64,000 bases of DNA from Anaeramoeba ignava BMAN (lineage: Eukaryota; Protista; Anaeramoebae): positions 1-64,000 of the forward strand of contig JAPDFW010000015.1 in assembly GCA_028826165.1 (NCBI GenBank), read 5' to 3'. The notes beneath the pieces were generated by a model. It did not search any database. It had not been told where the DNA came from and saw nothing but the letters and a program-made list of their open reading frames with translations. Each line of letters begins with the position of its first letter. The stretch's first letter is position 1. The position numbers and the translations under genes were made by a program. Of the stretch, positions 1 to 11,556 are shown one piece after another.

Positions 1-3000
1 TCAAACGAACAGCTTCATCAACATCAATTTTTCAACATGATTTGATAACCTAATTTTAGCATGAGCTTCGGATATCCTAATCAAAGACTCTAATTGCCTA
101 GAGGAGTCGCAGTGATTGTGTTTTTATTCCCTCCAATCTTTCTCATATCGCAATAAGCATTAACAAGAGAAGTAAAAAGCTTCATCAGAAATAATTGGTT
201 TACATTTACGTTTTGCATATGGAAATATATTGAGTCAATGTTTGTTTGTCAATTACTTCCTCGCTTTGAGTTTCTGGTTTTCTCGAATAAAGCGAGAGAA
301 TATGATGAGCAAGTCTGCGATCTTGTTGTTCATTTGGTTTGTCGAAAATCAAGTAAATCAAATCAAATCTTGATAATAAAGTTGGTGGTAATTGAATATT
401 TTCAACAACTGTTAGTCTTGGATTGTATCTTGAATCTTTTGGGTTTGCTGATGCAAGAACAGATGTTCGCGAATTCAAAGTTGCGATTATTCCTGCTTTG
501 GCAACAGATACTGTTTGTTGCTCCATTGCTTCATGAAGAACTGTTCTTGTATAATCACTCATCTTATCAAATTCATCAATACAACATATTCCTCCATCAC
601 TTAGAACTAATGCTCCGCTTTCGAGTACTAATTCTCTTGAATCAGGATCTTTTGTAATAAATGCTGTTAGTCCAACTGCTGAACTCCCTTTTCCTGATGT
701 GTATACTCCTCTTGGTTGCAATTTTATTTACATATGATAATAATTGTGAATTATGTACAATTATTCCATTCGCAATAAAATTACTTCCTTTGCTTGATTC
801 CAAATCATAAACCCAAATTGTTTCCTTTTCTTTCATTTCAATTTTTTTGATTTTTTCTAATTTGAATATTTTTTTAATTTCTTGCTTTTTTAAATTTCTT
901 TTGATAATTGGAATTTCTTCTTGTTTAAAATCTTCAATTATTATCTTTTCTTTTTTTGTTAAAATTTTTTCAATGTTAAATAAGAATTTAGGATGAATTT
1001 TGGATAGTTTGTTCTTTTTAATTTTGATTTGATAATATTTTTGTTTTTTATAAATTTCATCTTCAAATTCAAATTCAAAATTTTTCTTTTTCTTAATCTT
1101 TGTTTGAATCCCAAATCTTAATAATATCATAAATAATTCTAAAATGAATCTCTTGTTTTTATTTGAATAAATAATTGATTTATTCTTGAATTTTCCTTCT
1201 TGAATCAAAAGAACTTCTAAATAACTTGTAATTATTAAATTTGATGATGTTTTGATAATTTTTGGAATTGATTCATTTTTTTTCAAAGAAAATGAATCTG
1301 ATAAATTTTGATAAATAAATTTGTAAAGATGAGAATTTCTATTGAATTTAACAAATAATTTTTGATAAAGGTTTTTGATTTCCAAATCATTTTGATCAAA
1401 TTCAGTGTTTAAAATGTTGGTTATATCATTTAAAATGATTGAATTTTCAGAATCAAAAATTAAATAATATACTTTATCATCAAAAGATCCAAATTTGCTT
1501 ATAAAATTAATATAAAAAATCAATCGAGCCTTTTTTTGATTGATTAAATTGTTATTTTTTTGTAATGAAATTTCTTGATAATTTTGAATATTTTTTGGAG
1601 AAATAATTTTCAATCCTTTAAAAAGATCTTTAGCTTGAATTTTATAGATTTTATCATTAAAAGAAGTGAAAAAGGGATGTTCAAGTGTTGATTTAATTGA
1701 AATTCCATTTTTAAGTGTTATTTTTAATAATTGAGAAACTTTTCTTCTTGAAACAGTCGGAACAAATGATTTAACTTGGTTATAATGATTTGTAAATGAA
1801 ATGATTGAAAGATTATTTTTTGAAGCAAATATTCCTTTTGAGAGTTTAATTCCTGAATTTTCATGAAATATTTCTTGAAAAGTTTTTAAATTTCCATCAG
1901 ATAATTGAATTAAAGTATCTCCTGTTAAACATTTTGAAGTTCCTGGATCACCAATGATTAAAACATTAATTTCTGATCTGAATCTACCGCCTCCTGAACG
2001 ACTAAATTCTTTTTCAGTTCCTGAAAATAGTTGACATAAAACACCTTTTTAACATCTTCTAAACCCCAAATACTTGGAGCTAATTTTTTTGATTTAAATT
2101 TATTTTTAAATTAATTTTTGGATTTAATTTTTATTTTTGAATTTTTAAATTAACCTAATGATCTTGTTAAATTTTCATAAATATTTGGTGATTTTCCAAG
2201 TTTCTTTAAATTTTTTTCAAGTTTTTTAATTTGTTCTTCAGTTTGATTCATTTCAACCAAAGTAGAAATATCACCTAAATTAATTCTTCCATCAGAAACC
2301 CTATTTTTATCAAATTTTCTGAAATGAATTACATCAATATATGTTCTATATATTGATTTAACAGATCTTTTTCTTGGGTTAGTTCTTATTGGAATAGCTC
2401 TAAAAATTCCAGTAAGTTCAATACGGTCACCTGGTCTAACATTTTCAACAAGATCTTCATAACACATTAAATTAACAGTTTGAGGAGTTTCACCATCAGG
2501 TATAGCATCTTATTTTATTATTTATTTTAAATATTTATTTTTAATATTTATTTTTAATATTTATTTTAAATATTTATTTTGAATATTTATTTTGAATATT
2601 TATTTTAAATATTTATTTTAAATATTTTGAATATTTATTTTAAATATTTATTTTGAATATTTATTTTAAATATTTATTTTGAATATTTATTTTGAATATT
2701 TATTTTGGATATTTTGAATATTTATTTTAAATATTTATTTTAAATATTTTGAATATTTATTTTAAATATTTTGAATATTTATTTTAAATATTTTGAATAT
2801 TTATTTTGAATATTTATTTTGAATATTTATTTTGAATATTTATTTTAAATATTTATTTTAAATATTTATTTTAAATATTTATTTTAAATATTTATTTTAA
2901 ATATTTATTTTGAATATTTATTTTAAATATTTATTTTGAATATTTATTTTAAATATTTATTTTAAATATTTTAAATATTTATTTTAAATATTTATTTTGA

Positions 3001-5711
3001 ATATTTATTTTGAATATTTTGAATATTTATTTTAAATATTTATTTTGAATATTTTAAATATTTATTTTTAAATATTTATTTTTAAATATTTATTTTAAAT
3101 ATTTTTAAATATTTATTTTAAATATTTATTTTGAATATTTATTTTGAATATTTATTTTGAATAATATTTATTTTGAATATTTATTTTAAATATTTATTTT
3201 TAAATATTTTAAATATTTATTTTGAATATTTATTTTAAATATTTATTTTGAATATTTATTTTTAAATATTTATTTTAAATATTTTTATATATTTATTTTA
3301 AATATTTATTTTAAATATTTATTTTAAATATTTATTTTGAATATTTATTTTTGAATATTTATTTTGAATATTTTATATATTTATTTTGAATATTTATTTT
3401 GAATATTTATTTTGAATATTTATTTTGAAAATATTTATTTTGAATATTTATTTTAAATATTTATTTTAAATATTTATTTTAAATATTTTAAATATTTATT
3501 TTAAATATTTATTTTAAATATTTTAAATATTTTGAATATTTATTTTGAATATTTATTTTGAATATTTATTTTAAATATTTATTTTGAATATTATAATAAT
3601 TATTAATCTACCAGGTGTTTCTTGAAGTTTTAAAATTTGTTTATCACTAAATTTGCAACGATTATGTATTAATTCCATTGAAAAACGTTGAGAACAATTT
3701 GAACAAATTAAAGGTTCACTAATTCTTCCTTTTTGAATTGAAACAACTTCTTCAAAAGAACATTCTTGACATTTAAAAAAAGCTTCTTTAAGATCAGGAA
3801 TGATTTGAGATGTTCTTGTAATCATTCCACGAACACAAACAATTTGATCAATATTATTTGGATCAAGATCTCGAAGATTTTTAACATCTGATTCAAGAAG
3901 TCGAAATAATCGAACTTTTATTGGGTTTTTAAATGTTGTTTCATTATCTTCTCCTTGAACAGCTCGGATTTCTGTGCTTAAATCCTTTATAACTAAATCA
4001 AATATTGTTATTATTTCTTGTGGATATTTTATTGTTTGTTTGTATAAATTTTCATTAAATTGGAAAATATGTTGACAATCAATATTTAATGAATTTTGTT
4101 CTGTTTCAACAACCTATTAAATTTATAAATATTAATATTTAATTTATAAATAATAATTTTGAATCTGTTTTTATTTACTTGTGATAAAATATCAAAATAA
4201 TATGGATTTTCATTTTCATTTCCATTAATTCGGAATTCATCAATAAATTTTCGAAAATTATTAATTGTATCTTCAACATTTATTGTTGTTCCCCAAATAA
4301 CAGTTCTGGAGAATGTTTCTATTTGTGAAGAATTAATTAAAGGTCTATCTAAATCAACTTGATTATTGCTATTATTGTTATTGTTATTGTTGTTGTTGTT
4401 ATTGTTGTTATTGTTATTGTTGTTATTGTTTTCATCTTGTTCCATTTGAATAACTGATTCTAAATTTTCTGTTTCAGAATCACTTTGATTTCTTTTTCTA
4501 TTTTATTTTATAAATATTCAAATTTTAATTTAAATTTTAAATTTAAAATTAATTTAATATTTAATTTTAAAATTATTTTTAATTTAAATTTTTATTGGAA
4601 ATAAAATAGTTTTTAATTTAATATTAAATTAAAATTAAATTAATTTAAAAATTAATTTGTTATATTTTTAAAATTATTTTTTTTTAATTTTTAAATTTTT
4701 TTATTGGAAATAAAATAGTTTTTAATTTAATATTTAATTATAAATTTTAAGATTTAAATTATTTTAAATAAAATTATTATTAAATATTAAATTAAAATTA
4801 ATTTAAATTTTATTATATTTTTGGATTATTTTTAATTTAAATTTTTAATGAAAATGAAAATAAGTTTTTAATTTAATATTTAATTTAAATTTTAAGATTT
4901 AATTATTTTAAATAAAATTATTAATTAAATATTAAATTAAAATTAATTTAAATTTTATTATATTTTTGGATTATTTTTAATTTAAATTTTTTATTGAAAA
5001 TAAAATAGTTTTTAATTTAATATTTAATTATAAATTTTAAGATTAAATTATTTTAAATAAAATTATTAATTAAATATTAAATTAAAATTAATTTTAAATT
5101 TTATTATATTTTTGGATTATTTTTAATTTAAATTTTTATTGGAAATAAAATAGTTTTTAATTTAATATTAAATTATAAATTTTAAGATTAAATTATTTTA
5201 AATAAAATTATTAATTAAATATTAAATTAAAATTAATTTAAATTTTATTATATTTTTGAATTATTTTTAATTTAAATTTTTTATTGGAAATAAAATAGTT
5301 TTTGATTTAGTATTTAATTATAAATTTTAAGATTAAATTATTTTAAATAAAATTATTAATTAAATATTTATTTAAAATTAATTTAAATTTTGTTTTATTT
5401 TTGGATTATTTTTAATTTAAATTTTTATTGGAAATAAAATAAGTTTTTAATTTAGTATTTAATTATAAATTTTAAGATTAAATTATTTTAAATAAAATTA
5501 TTAATTAAATATTAAATTAAAATTAATTTAAATTTTGTTATATTTTTGGATTATTTTTAATTTAAATTTTTTATTGGAAATAAAATAAGTTTTAATTTAG
5601 TATTAAATTATAAATTTTAAGATTAAATTATTTTAAATAAAATTATTAATTAAATATTAAATTAAAATTAATTTAAATTTTGAATTACTTTAATTTTGAT
5701 TTTTTATTCAT
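1..5711 (-). CDS. MCM4: DNA replication licensing factor MCM4 (CDC21/CDC54), spliced and intein-containing; 3' end runs off the window
   Basis: Exons assembled by hand with GT-AG junctions in consistent phase: 5711-5689 (MNKKSKLK), 4497-4179, 4113-3612, 2508-2155, 2079-<1. Motifs: [10 protein letters not shown]4 zinc finger [35 protein letters not shown], Walker A GDPGTSK|SQLL, Walker [10 protein letters not shown], arginine finger [24 protein letters not shown]. Apparent indels near 2048, 716, 220 and 100. Confidence 0.95.
750..1931 (-). mobile_element. Intein (394 aa) in MCM4 at the Walker A K|S site (CDC21-a-type), with a degenerate LAGLIDADG homing endonuclease region
   Basis: In-frame 1182-nt insert between GDPGTSK and SQLL. 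Block [14 protein letters not shown], block [14 protein letters not shown] (TxxH), AKDLFKG, block F VYDLE, block [12 protein letters not shown], followed by a +1 Ser. The middle resembles DOD endonuclease blocks ([23 protein letters not shown]). Confidence 0.96.
2509..3611 (-). repeat. MCM4 intron 3 (~1.1 kb) filled with a ~15-nt tandem repeat (AAAATAAATATT[C/T]AA-like)
   Basis: GT at 3611 and AG at 2510-2509 on the minus strand; the whole interior is degenerate tandem repeat. Confidence 0.9.
4498..5688 (-). repeat. MCM4 intron 1 (~1.2 kb) made of ~8 copies of a ~140-bp AT-rich minisatellite
   Basis: Recurring anchors ttggaaataaaatagtttt, ttttaagatt and tttggattattttt at ~140-nt spacing; GT-AG ends join MNKKSKLK to KRNQSDS in phase 2. 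Confidence 0.8.
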
Positions 5712-5966
5712 TTAAAATTAATAAAAAAAAAAGAAAATAATTTAAAAGAAATTTAATAAATTGTTAATAGAAGAAAGAAAGAAAGAAAAATAAAAGAAAA
5801 AAGAAAGAAAATGAAATTAAAAATTTTGAAAAAAAAAAAGGAAAAGAAAAAATTTTAATTTAATTTAATTTAATTTAACGGTTAATTTAAAAAAAATCGT
5901 TAAAAATAATTAATTAAAAAATTCTTTCTTTTTATTTCATTTTTTTATTAAAATTTAATTTAAAAA
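5712..5966. promoter_or_regulatory. Putative bidirectional promoter between MCM4 and the CENP-L-like gene
   Basis: 255 bp between divergent ATGs. Contains TTAACGGTTAA (5875-5885) and AATCGTTAA (5895-5903), the only CpGs in the spacer, and TCATT motifs on both strands. Confidence 0.5.
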
Positions 5967-7502
5967 ATGATTGATATTCCATTTGAAACAAATTTAAATT
6001 TAAATTTAAATAAAAATTTAAATAAAAATCAAAATAAAAAAAGACAAAGAAGAAAATCAAAATTTGAAATAAAACCAAATTATGAAGAAACAATTCAAGA
6101 AGAACAACCAATCAAATTAAGAATAACAGATGAAAATCAACCACCAAATCAAAAAGAAAAAAAACCAAGAACAAAAAGACAAAATCATTATTCAATGAAA
6201 ATTGTTGTTTCAAAAGAAAATCAAAATGATAAAAAAAAAGAAGAACAAAAAATAAATCCAATAATTTCAAAAGAAAATGAACAAATACTCAAAATAAATC
6301 CAAAAAAAAGACAAAATAATTTTACATTCCAAATTCAAATTCCAACAAAAATATCATCAAGTCAAAAAAAACAAGAAAATTCACAAGAAGAACAAAAGAT
6401 AATTGAACAAAAAGAAGAAAATATAAAAGATGATCCATTTTTTGATACAGAAAGTTTAATTGATATTGATTCACAAGAAGATCAAGAAGAAAGTTTTGAA
6501 GAAAATTTAGAAAATGGAAAAATTCAAGGATTAAGTCGAATTTTTCTTTCAAGTATTTTGAATTATGGTTCAAAAAATTTTGATAAAGATTCATCACTTA
6601 TTGAATCAATTACTAAAAATCTTAATCAAGAATTACAAAGTTTTCTTACAAATCGTTCATTAAATCTTGAATTATTAAATCAAACTAAAAACACTTTATT
6701 AAATTCCAAAGTTGATTTAAAATCAAAAGTATCTTTTGTTAATCTTGAAAATCAAGAGGACAAAAAAATTCCAAGTTTGAGAATTGAAATTGAAAAGAAT
6801 TCTTTATTAATGATTCAAATTTTTCTTTGTGGAAGATCATTCCAAAAAAAAAAGCATAATTGGATTCAAACAAAAATGGATCAAATAATTTTAGATTTAC
6901 CAATTGTTTTAATTAATACAAAAAAACAAGAATTAATTGAAGAATCAGGAATTCTTGAATGGATTCAAAAAAGATTTGATTGTTTGATTCATCCTTTAAT
7001 ATTTAGTCCAAATGAGATTATGAATTTTGTACAATTATGGACACAATATATTTATACAATTAAATCAAAAGATTTAAATTCAAAAGCAGAATTATTAAAA
7101 GAAAAAAATATAATTGATTTAAAAGAAGAAGAAAATAATTCTCAAAAATTCATAATCCAAAATTATGAACAAAAAGATTCTCCAATTCAAAAAAAACCTT
7201 TTGCAAATCAACAATCTATTGAATTTGTTTATTCAATACCTTTTATTAAAGGAATTGACCAAATCAACTATTTAATTCCTTTAGATCCAATTATTTCTTT
7301 AATTGAATCTGGTTTGACTTCAAATGAAATTATTGATTTAATTGAAAATAATTTTTATTCTCATTTTAAAATTAAAGTTACAAATCTAAATTTAATTCGT
7401 GTTTATTTCCCAGAAATTACAATTAAGAATAATGGGAATTTAATATTTAAATGTTCTAATTTTGCAGTTTCTTTTTTATCTCATTTATTTCAAATTATTT
7501 GA
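5967..7502 (+). CDS. CENPL: Centromere protein L (CENP-L/Fta1/Iml3)-like kinetochore protein with a long low-complexity N-terminal extension
   Basis: Intronless 511-aa ORF. LPIVL..ILEWIQKRFDCLIHPL..FVQLWT and FYSHFKIKVTNLNLIRV..NNGNLIFKC..FLSHL resemble the CENP-L pattern as recalled (W-x-Q-K-x-FDC..PL..WT; HFKI-x-L...L-x-RV...G). Recognised by eye, no HMM run. Confidence 0.75.
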   Translation: MIDIPFETNLNLNLNKNLNKNQNKKRQRRKSKFEIKPNYEETIQEEQPIKLRITDENQPPNQKEKKPRTKRQNHYSMKIVVSKENQNDKKKEEQKINPIISKENEQILKINPKKRQNNFTFQIQIPTKISSSQKKQENSQEEQKIIEQKEENIKDDPFFDTESLIDIDSQEDQEESFEENLENGKIQGLSRIFLSSILNYGSKNFDKDSSLIESITKNLNQELQSFLTNRSLNLELLNQTKNTLLNSKVDLKSKVSFVNLENQEDKKIPSLRIEIEKNSLLMIQIFLCGRSFQKKKHNWIQTKMDQIILDLPIVLINTKKQELIEESGILEWIQKRFDCLIHPLIFSPNEIMNFVQLWTQYIYTIKSKDLNSKAELLKEKNIIDLKEEENNSQKFIIQNYEQKDSPIQKKPFANQQSIEFVYSIPFIKGIDQINYLIPLDPIISLIESGLTSNEIIDLIENNFYSHFKIKVTNLNLIRVYFPEITIKNNGNLIFKCSNFAVSFLSHLFQII

Positions 7503-7618
7503 TTTAATATTTTTTTTTGTTTCTTTGTTTTTAAAAAAAAAAAGATTAAAAAACATTCAAACAAATAAATTCAATTATTTTGTTTTCTTTTTGAATTTGT
7601 TTCTTTTAAAATTTTGTT

Positions 7619-9131
7619 TTAACAACATGAAGATTTTTCTGATTTTTTTGTAATTGAAGATTCATTTAAAGTTTCAATATCTCTTGGAATTTTTTTTGGA
7701 GTTATTGGAATTTTTTTTGCTATTTTTTTTTAATCAATTCAAAAATAAAAATAAAAATAAAAATAAAAATAAAAATAAAAATAAAAATAAATTTTCTTTT
7801 TACCAATTTCAATAAAAAGATCATCAATATGATCTCCAGTTTTTGCGGAAGTTTCAAGAAAGATTATTCCTTGTTCTCTTGAATAATCTTCAGCAATTTT
7901 AATTTTAACATTTCTTTGTTGTTCCAAATCTAATTTATTACCAACTAAAGCAAGAATAACATTTGGATTTCCATTTTCTAAAATTTCATTAATCCAATTT
8001 TTAGCAATTTCAAAAGTATTCTAAAAAAAACCAATTAAAATTCATTTATAAAAATTCATATTAAAATTAAAATTCAAACCATTTGAGTAATATCATAAAC
8101 AATTATTGCTGCAACTGCATTTCGATAATACATTGGTGCAAGACTTCTAAATCTTTCTTGTCCAGCAGTATCCCATATTGAAAAATTTATCATATTATCT
8201 CCTACTTTTATTATTCTATCCATACATTGTGCTATTTTTTAAATTAATATATTTAAATCAATATATTTAAATCAATATATTTAAATCAATTTAAATCAAT
8301 ATATTTAAATCAATATATTTAAATCAATATATTTAAATCAATATATTTAAATTAATATATTTAAATTAAATATATTAATTTAAAAATTATTTAAATAATA
8401 TATTTAAAAATAATTTATATTTAAATATATTTAAATCAATATATTTAAATCAATTTAAATCAATATATTTAAATCAATTTAAATCAATATATTTAAATCA
8501 ATTTAAATCAATATATTTAAATCAATTTAAATCAATATATTTAAATCAATTTAAATCAATATATTTTAAATTAATTTAAATAATTTAAATCAATATATTT
8601 AAATTAATATATTTAAATTAATATATTTAAATCAATATATTAAAATTAATAATTTAAATATTTTAAATCAATATATTTAAATATTTTAAATCAATATTTA
8701 AATTAATATATTTAAATTAATATATTTAAATTAATTTATTTAAATTAATATATTTAAATTAATATATTTAAATCAATATATTTAAATTAATATATTTAAA
8801 TCAATATATTTAAATCAATATATTTAAATCAATATATTTAAATTAATATATTTAAATTAATATATTTAAATTAATATATTTAAATTAATATATTTAAATT
8901 AATATATTTAAATCAATATATTTAAATCAATATATTTAAATCAATATTTAAATTAATATATTTAAATCAATTTAGAAATAAATTTGGAAATAAATTTGGA
9001 AACAAACCTCCAATAGTTGGTAATTGATAAACAAAAAATTCATTTTGAGTAAAACGAAGAGCAATAGAAGTTTTTCCAACACCAGAATCTCCAAGAATAA
9101 CAACTTTACTATCTATTTGTATACTTTCCAT
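7619..9131 (-). CDS. Rab GTPase, Rab5/Rab21/Rab22 (endocytic) clade, 4 exons
   Basis: Exons 9131-9008, 8231-8080, 8020-7804, 7719-7619. [41 protein letters not shown] and a C-terminal CC prenylation motif. Confidence 0.93.
8232..9007 (-). repeat. Rab intron 1 filled with a ~15-nt tandem repeat (TTTAAATCAATATAT on +)
   Basis: Visible tandem repeat between the GT and AG junctions. Confidence 0.85.
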
Positions 9132-9535
9132 TCACAAAAAAAATTTGAATCAAAAACAAAAGTAAAAGTAAAAGCAAAAACACAAATAAAACAAAAAAAT
9201 AATCTTTATAATTTTATATTTGAATTTATATTTGGATTTAGTTAATAAATATGAAGAATGAAAAATGAAAAATGAAAAAAAGAATTTTTAATTTGGTTTA
9301 ATTTAGAAAAAGAAAGAAAATCAAATTAAAAATAAATTTTTGTTTTTTTTAGTTCCAATTAAAAAAAAAAGAAGAAAAAAATATTTTTTCTCCATTTTTG
9401 ATTTTTTTTTGATTTATTTTTCGTTTATTCAAAAAGTCATTTTTTTTTTCGAACAACAAAAAAAAATTCTTAATCTAACAAAAAAAAATTCTTAATCCAA
9501 AATCAAAAGCAATTAATCCATTAATTTCATTCAAT

Positions 9536-10727
9536 ATGAATTTACAAACTGATGAAATTTGTTTAATAATTACAGCAAGTTTTTCTCTATTTGGTTCATT
9601 AACTCTAATTACAACCTTTTTAATTTTCAAACAATTAAAATTTTTCTATCGCAAATTGGTTTTTATTCTTTCTGTTTACGATTTTTTACAAGTTGCCTGC
9701 TTTTTATTTCCAGGTCAAAAAAATGAAAAGATTTGCAAAGTCCAAATTTATTTATTAGCTTTTTTTGGTTTTAGTCCTTATTATTGGACTTCTGTCATTG
9801 CTATTATATCTTATCTTAAAGTTGTAAAAGGTTATCCTGATCGTAAACTCAATATTATTTCTAATTGGTTTCAACTTGTTTTGTGGATTTTAAATACTTT
9901 TTATTTTATTGAATGTTTTATTTTTTCTCCTCCTTTAAATTCTCCATCTTATTGGTATTTTGTTTTCCAAAAAAAAAAAATTCCACTTTTTTATTCCACT
10001 TTTTATTCCACTTTTTTATTCAACTTTTTATTAGGTGTTGGAATCAAAATGAAGGAATTATTATTGTATTGTTTAAATTTCTTTCTTTTGTTGATTTTTT
10101 TCTTTCTATTAATTTTTTCCTTTTTCTTTTTCTTTTTTTTCCCTAAGGCTGCTTATGTTAGTGCTTGGATAATTGGGGTTTGTTGTATTGTTTTCTATCT
10201 TTTGACAATAATTAGATTAAGAAAAATTAGTAAAATTCTTTCCAAAAACCAGAAGCTATTTCTTTCTCCTCAATATAAACAAATACAAATTCAATTTAGA
10301 ATGGCACTTATTCCTCTAATATACCTTATTTGTATTATTCCTGGAACTTTAGAAGTGAGTATTTAATATTTGATATTTGGATATTTATTATTTATTATTT
10401 GATTTAATTTTTCCTTTTCTTACTTTTTAGCATCTTTTTGAAATCACAAATTCTTCTCATTCAAATTCTACTTTACTTCATTCATTTTATTATATTTGTT
10501 CTTGCCTTCAAGGTTTTTTTGATTTTGTTATTTTTGTTCTTTTTGATTCTTCAATAAGACATAAAATTTTTAATTGTTGTTGTTCAAATTCTTCTCAAGA
10601 ATCCGGTTTATCTTATCAAGAATTTGATGAAAATGAAAAAATTTCACCTTTTGGAAATTTTCTATTTTCTCAAAAGAATGATCCAAGACAAGAAATACTT
10701 CTTGATATTAAAAAAGATGATGTTTAA
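9536..10727 (+). CDS. cAMP-receptor-like 7TM GPCR, array gene 1 (most divergent member)
   Basis: 4 exons, with microexon 10035-10065 and last exon from 10431. RKLVFILSVYD, CKVQ, YW|C and LQGFFDF motifs; Cys cluster in the C-tail. Confidence 0.85.
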
Positions 10728-10744
10728 GAAATCCAAAAACAGTT

Positions 10745-10747
10745 GAA

Positions 10748-10778
<31 letters not shown>

Positions 10779-10847
10779 AATTAATTAATTGATTGATTAA
10801 TTGATTGATTGATTGATTAATTAATTGATTGATTGATTGATTAATTA

Positions 10848-10882
<35 letters not shown>

Positions 10883-11291
10883 AATTGATTGATTGATTAA
10901 TTGATTGATTAATTGATTGATTTATTAATTGATTGATTTGATTATTGACCAATTAATTGGACAATTAATTGGTGATTAATTGATTGGATTACAATTGAAT
11001 TGTGGTGATTGACAATTTGATTGATTGGTGGATTGATTGATTGATTGGATTGATTGATGATTGTAATTTACCAATTGACATTGATTGATTAACAAGTGAT
11101 TAATTAATTATTGATTTATTTATTGATTGATTGATTGACAATTGAAATTGACAATTGAGTATTGATTGGTAATTGATTGATTAATTGATTAATTGAGTAA
11201 TTGGTAATTGATTGATTTATTATTAATGATTAATTAACAATTTATTAGTATTAATTAGTAATTTATTTCAATTGATTTAATTGATTAATTT

Positions 11292-11322
<31 letters not shown>

Positions 11323-11440
11323 AATTGATTGATTGATTGATTAATTGATTTATTGATTTATTGATTGATTTATTGATTTATTGATTGATTTATTGATTGA
11401 TTTTTTGATTTTTTGATTTTTTGATTTATTTTTTGATTAA
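10745..11440. repeat. (ATTG)n/(ATTA)n microsatellite with a degenerate core
   Basis: Clean tetramer repeats at both flanks and a scrambled centre. Confidence 0.85.
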
Positions 11441-11556
11441 TTGATTTTTTCGCTTATGTTTTTTTGTTTTGAAAAATTGTTGAATAAATTTTTTTTTCAA
11501 TTTTTTTTCAATTTTTTTTTTCAATTTTTTCCGATTTCATTTTTTTTTTAAAATAA

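Noticed and set aside
238-657. 139-aa plus-strand ORF
   Set aside because: Antisense shadow of the conserved MCM4 AAA+ domain.
1722-1742. KVSQLL inside the intein resembling the extein junction KSQLL
   Set aside because: Short match within the Hint N-terminal strands, with no evidence of target-site duplication; likely chance.
4498-5688. CRISPR-like periodicity
   Set aside because: The whole unit is repeated with no unique spacers, there are no cas genes, and the context is a eukaryotic intron.
9913-10146. Read-through of gene 1 as a single 276-aa ORF and the overlapping 77-aa ORF
   Set aside because: Comparison with paralogs shows two introns and a microexon here; the open frame is due to stop-poor T-rich introns.
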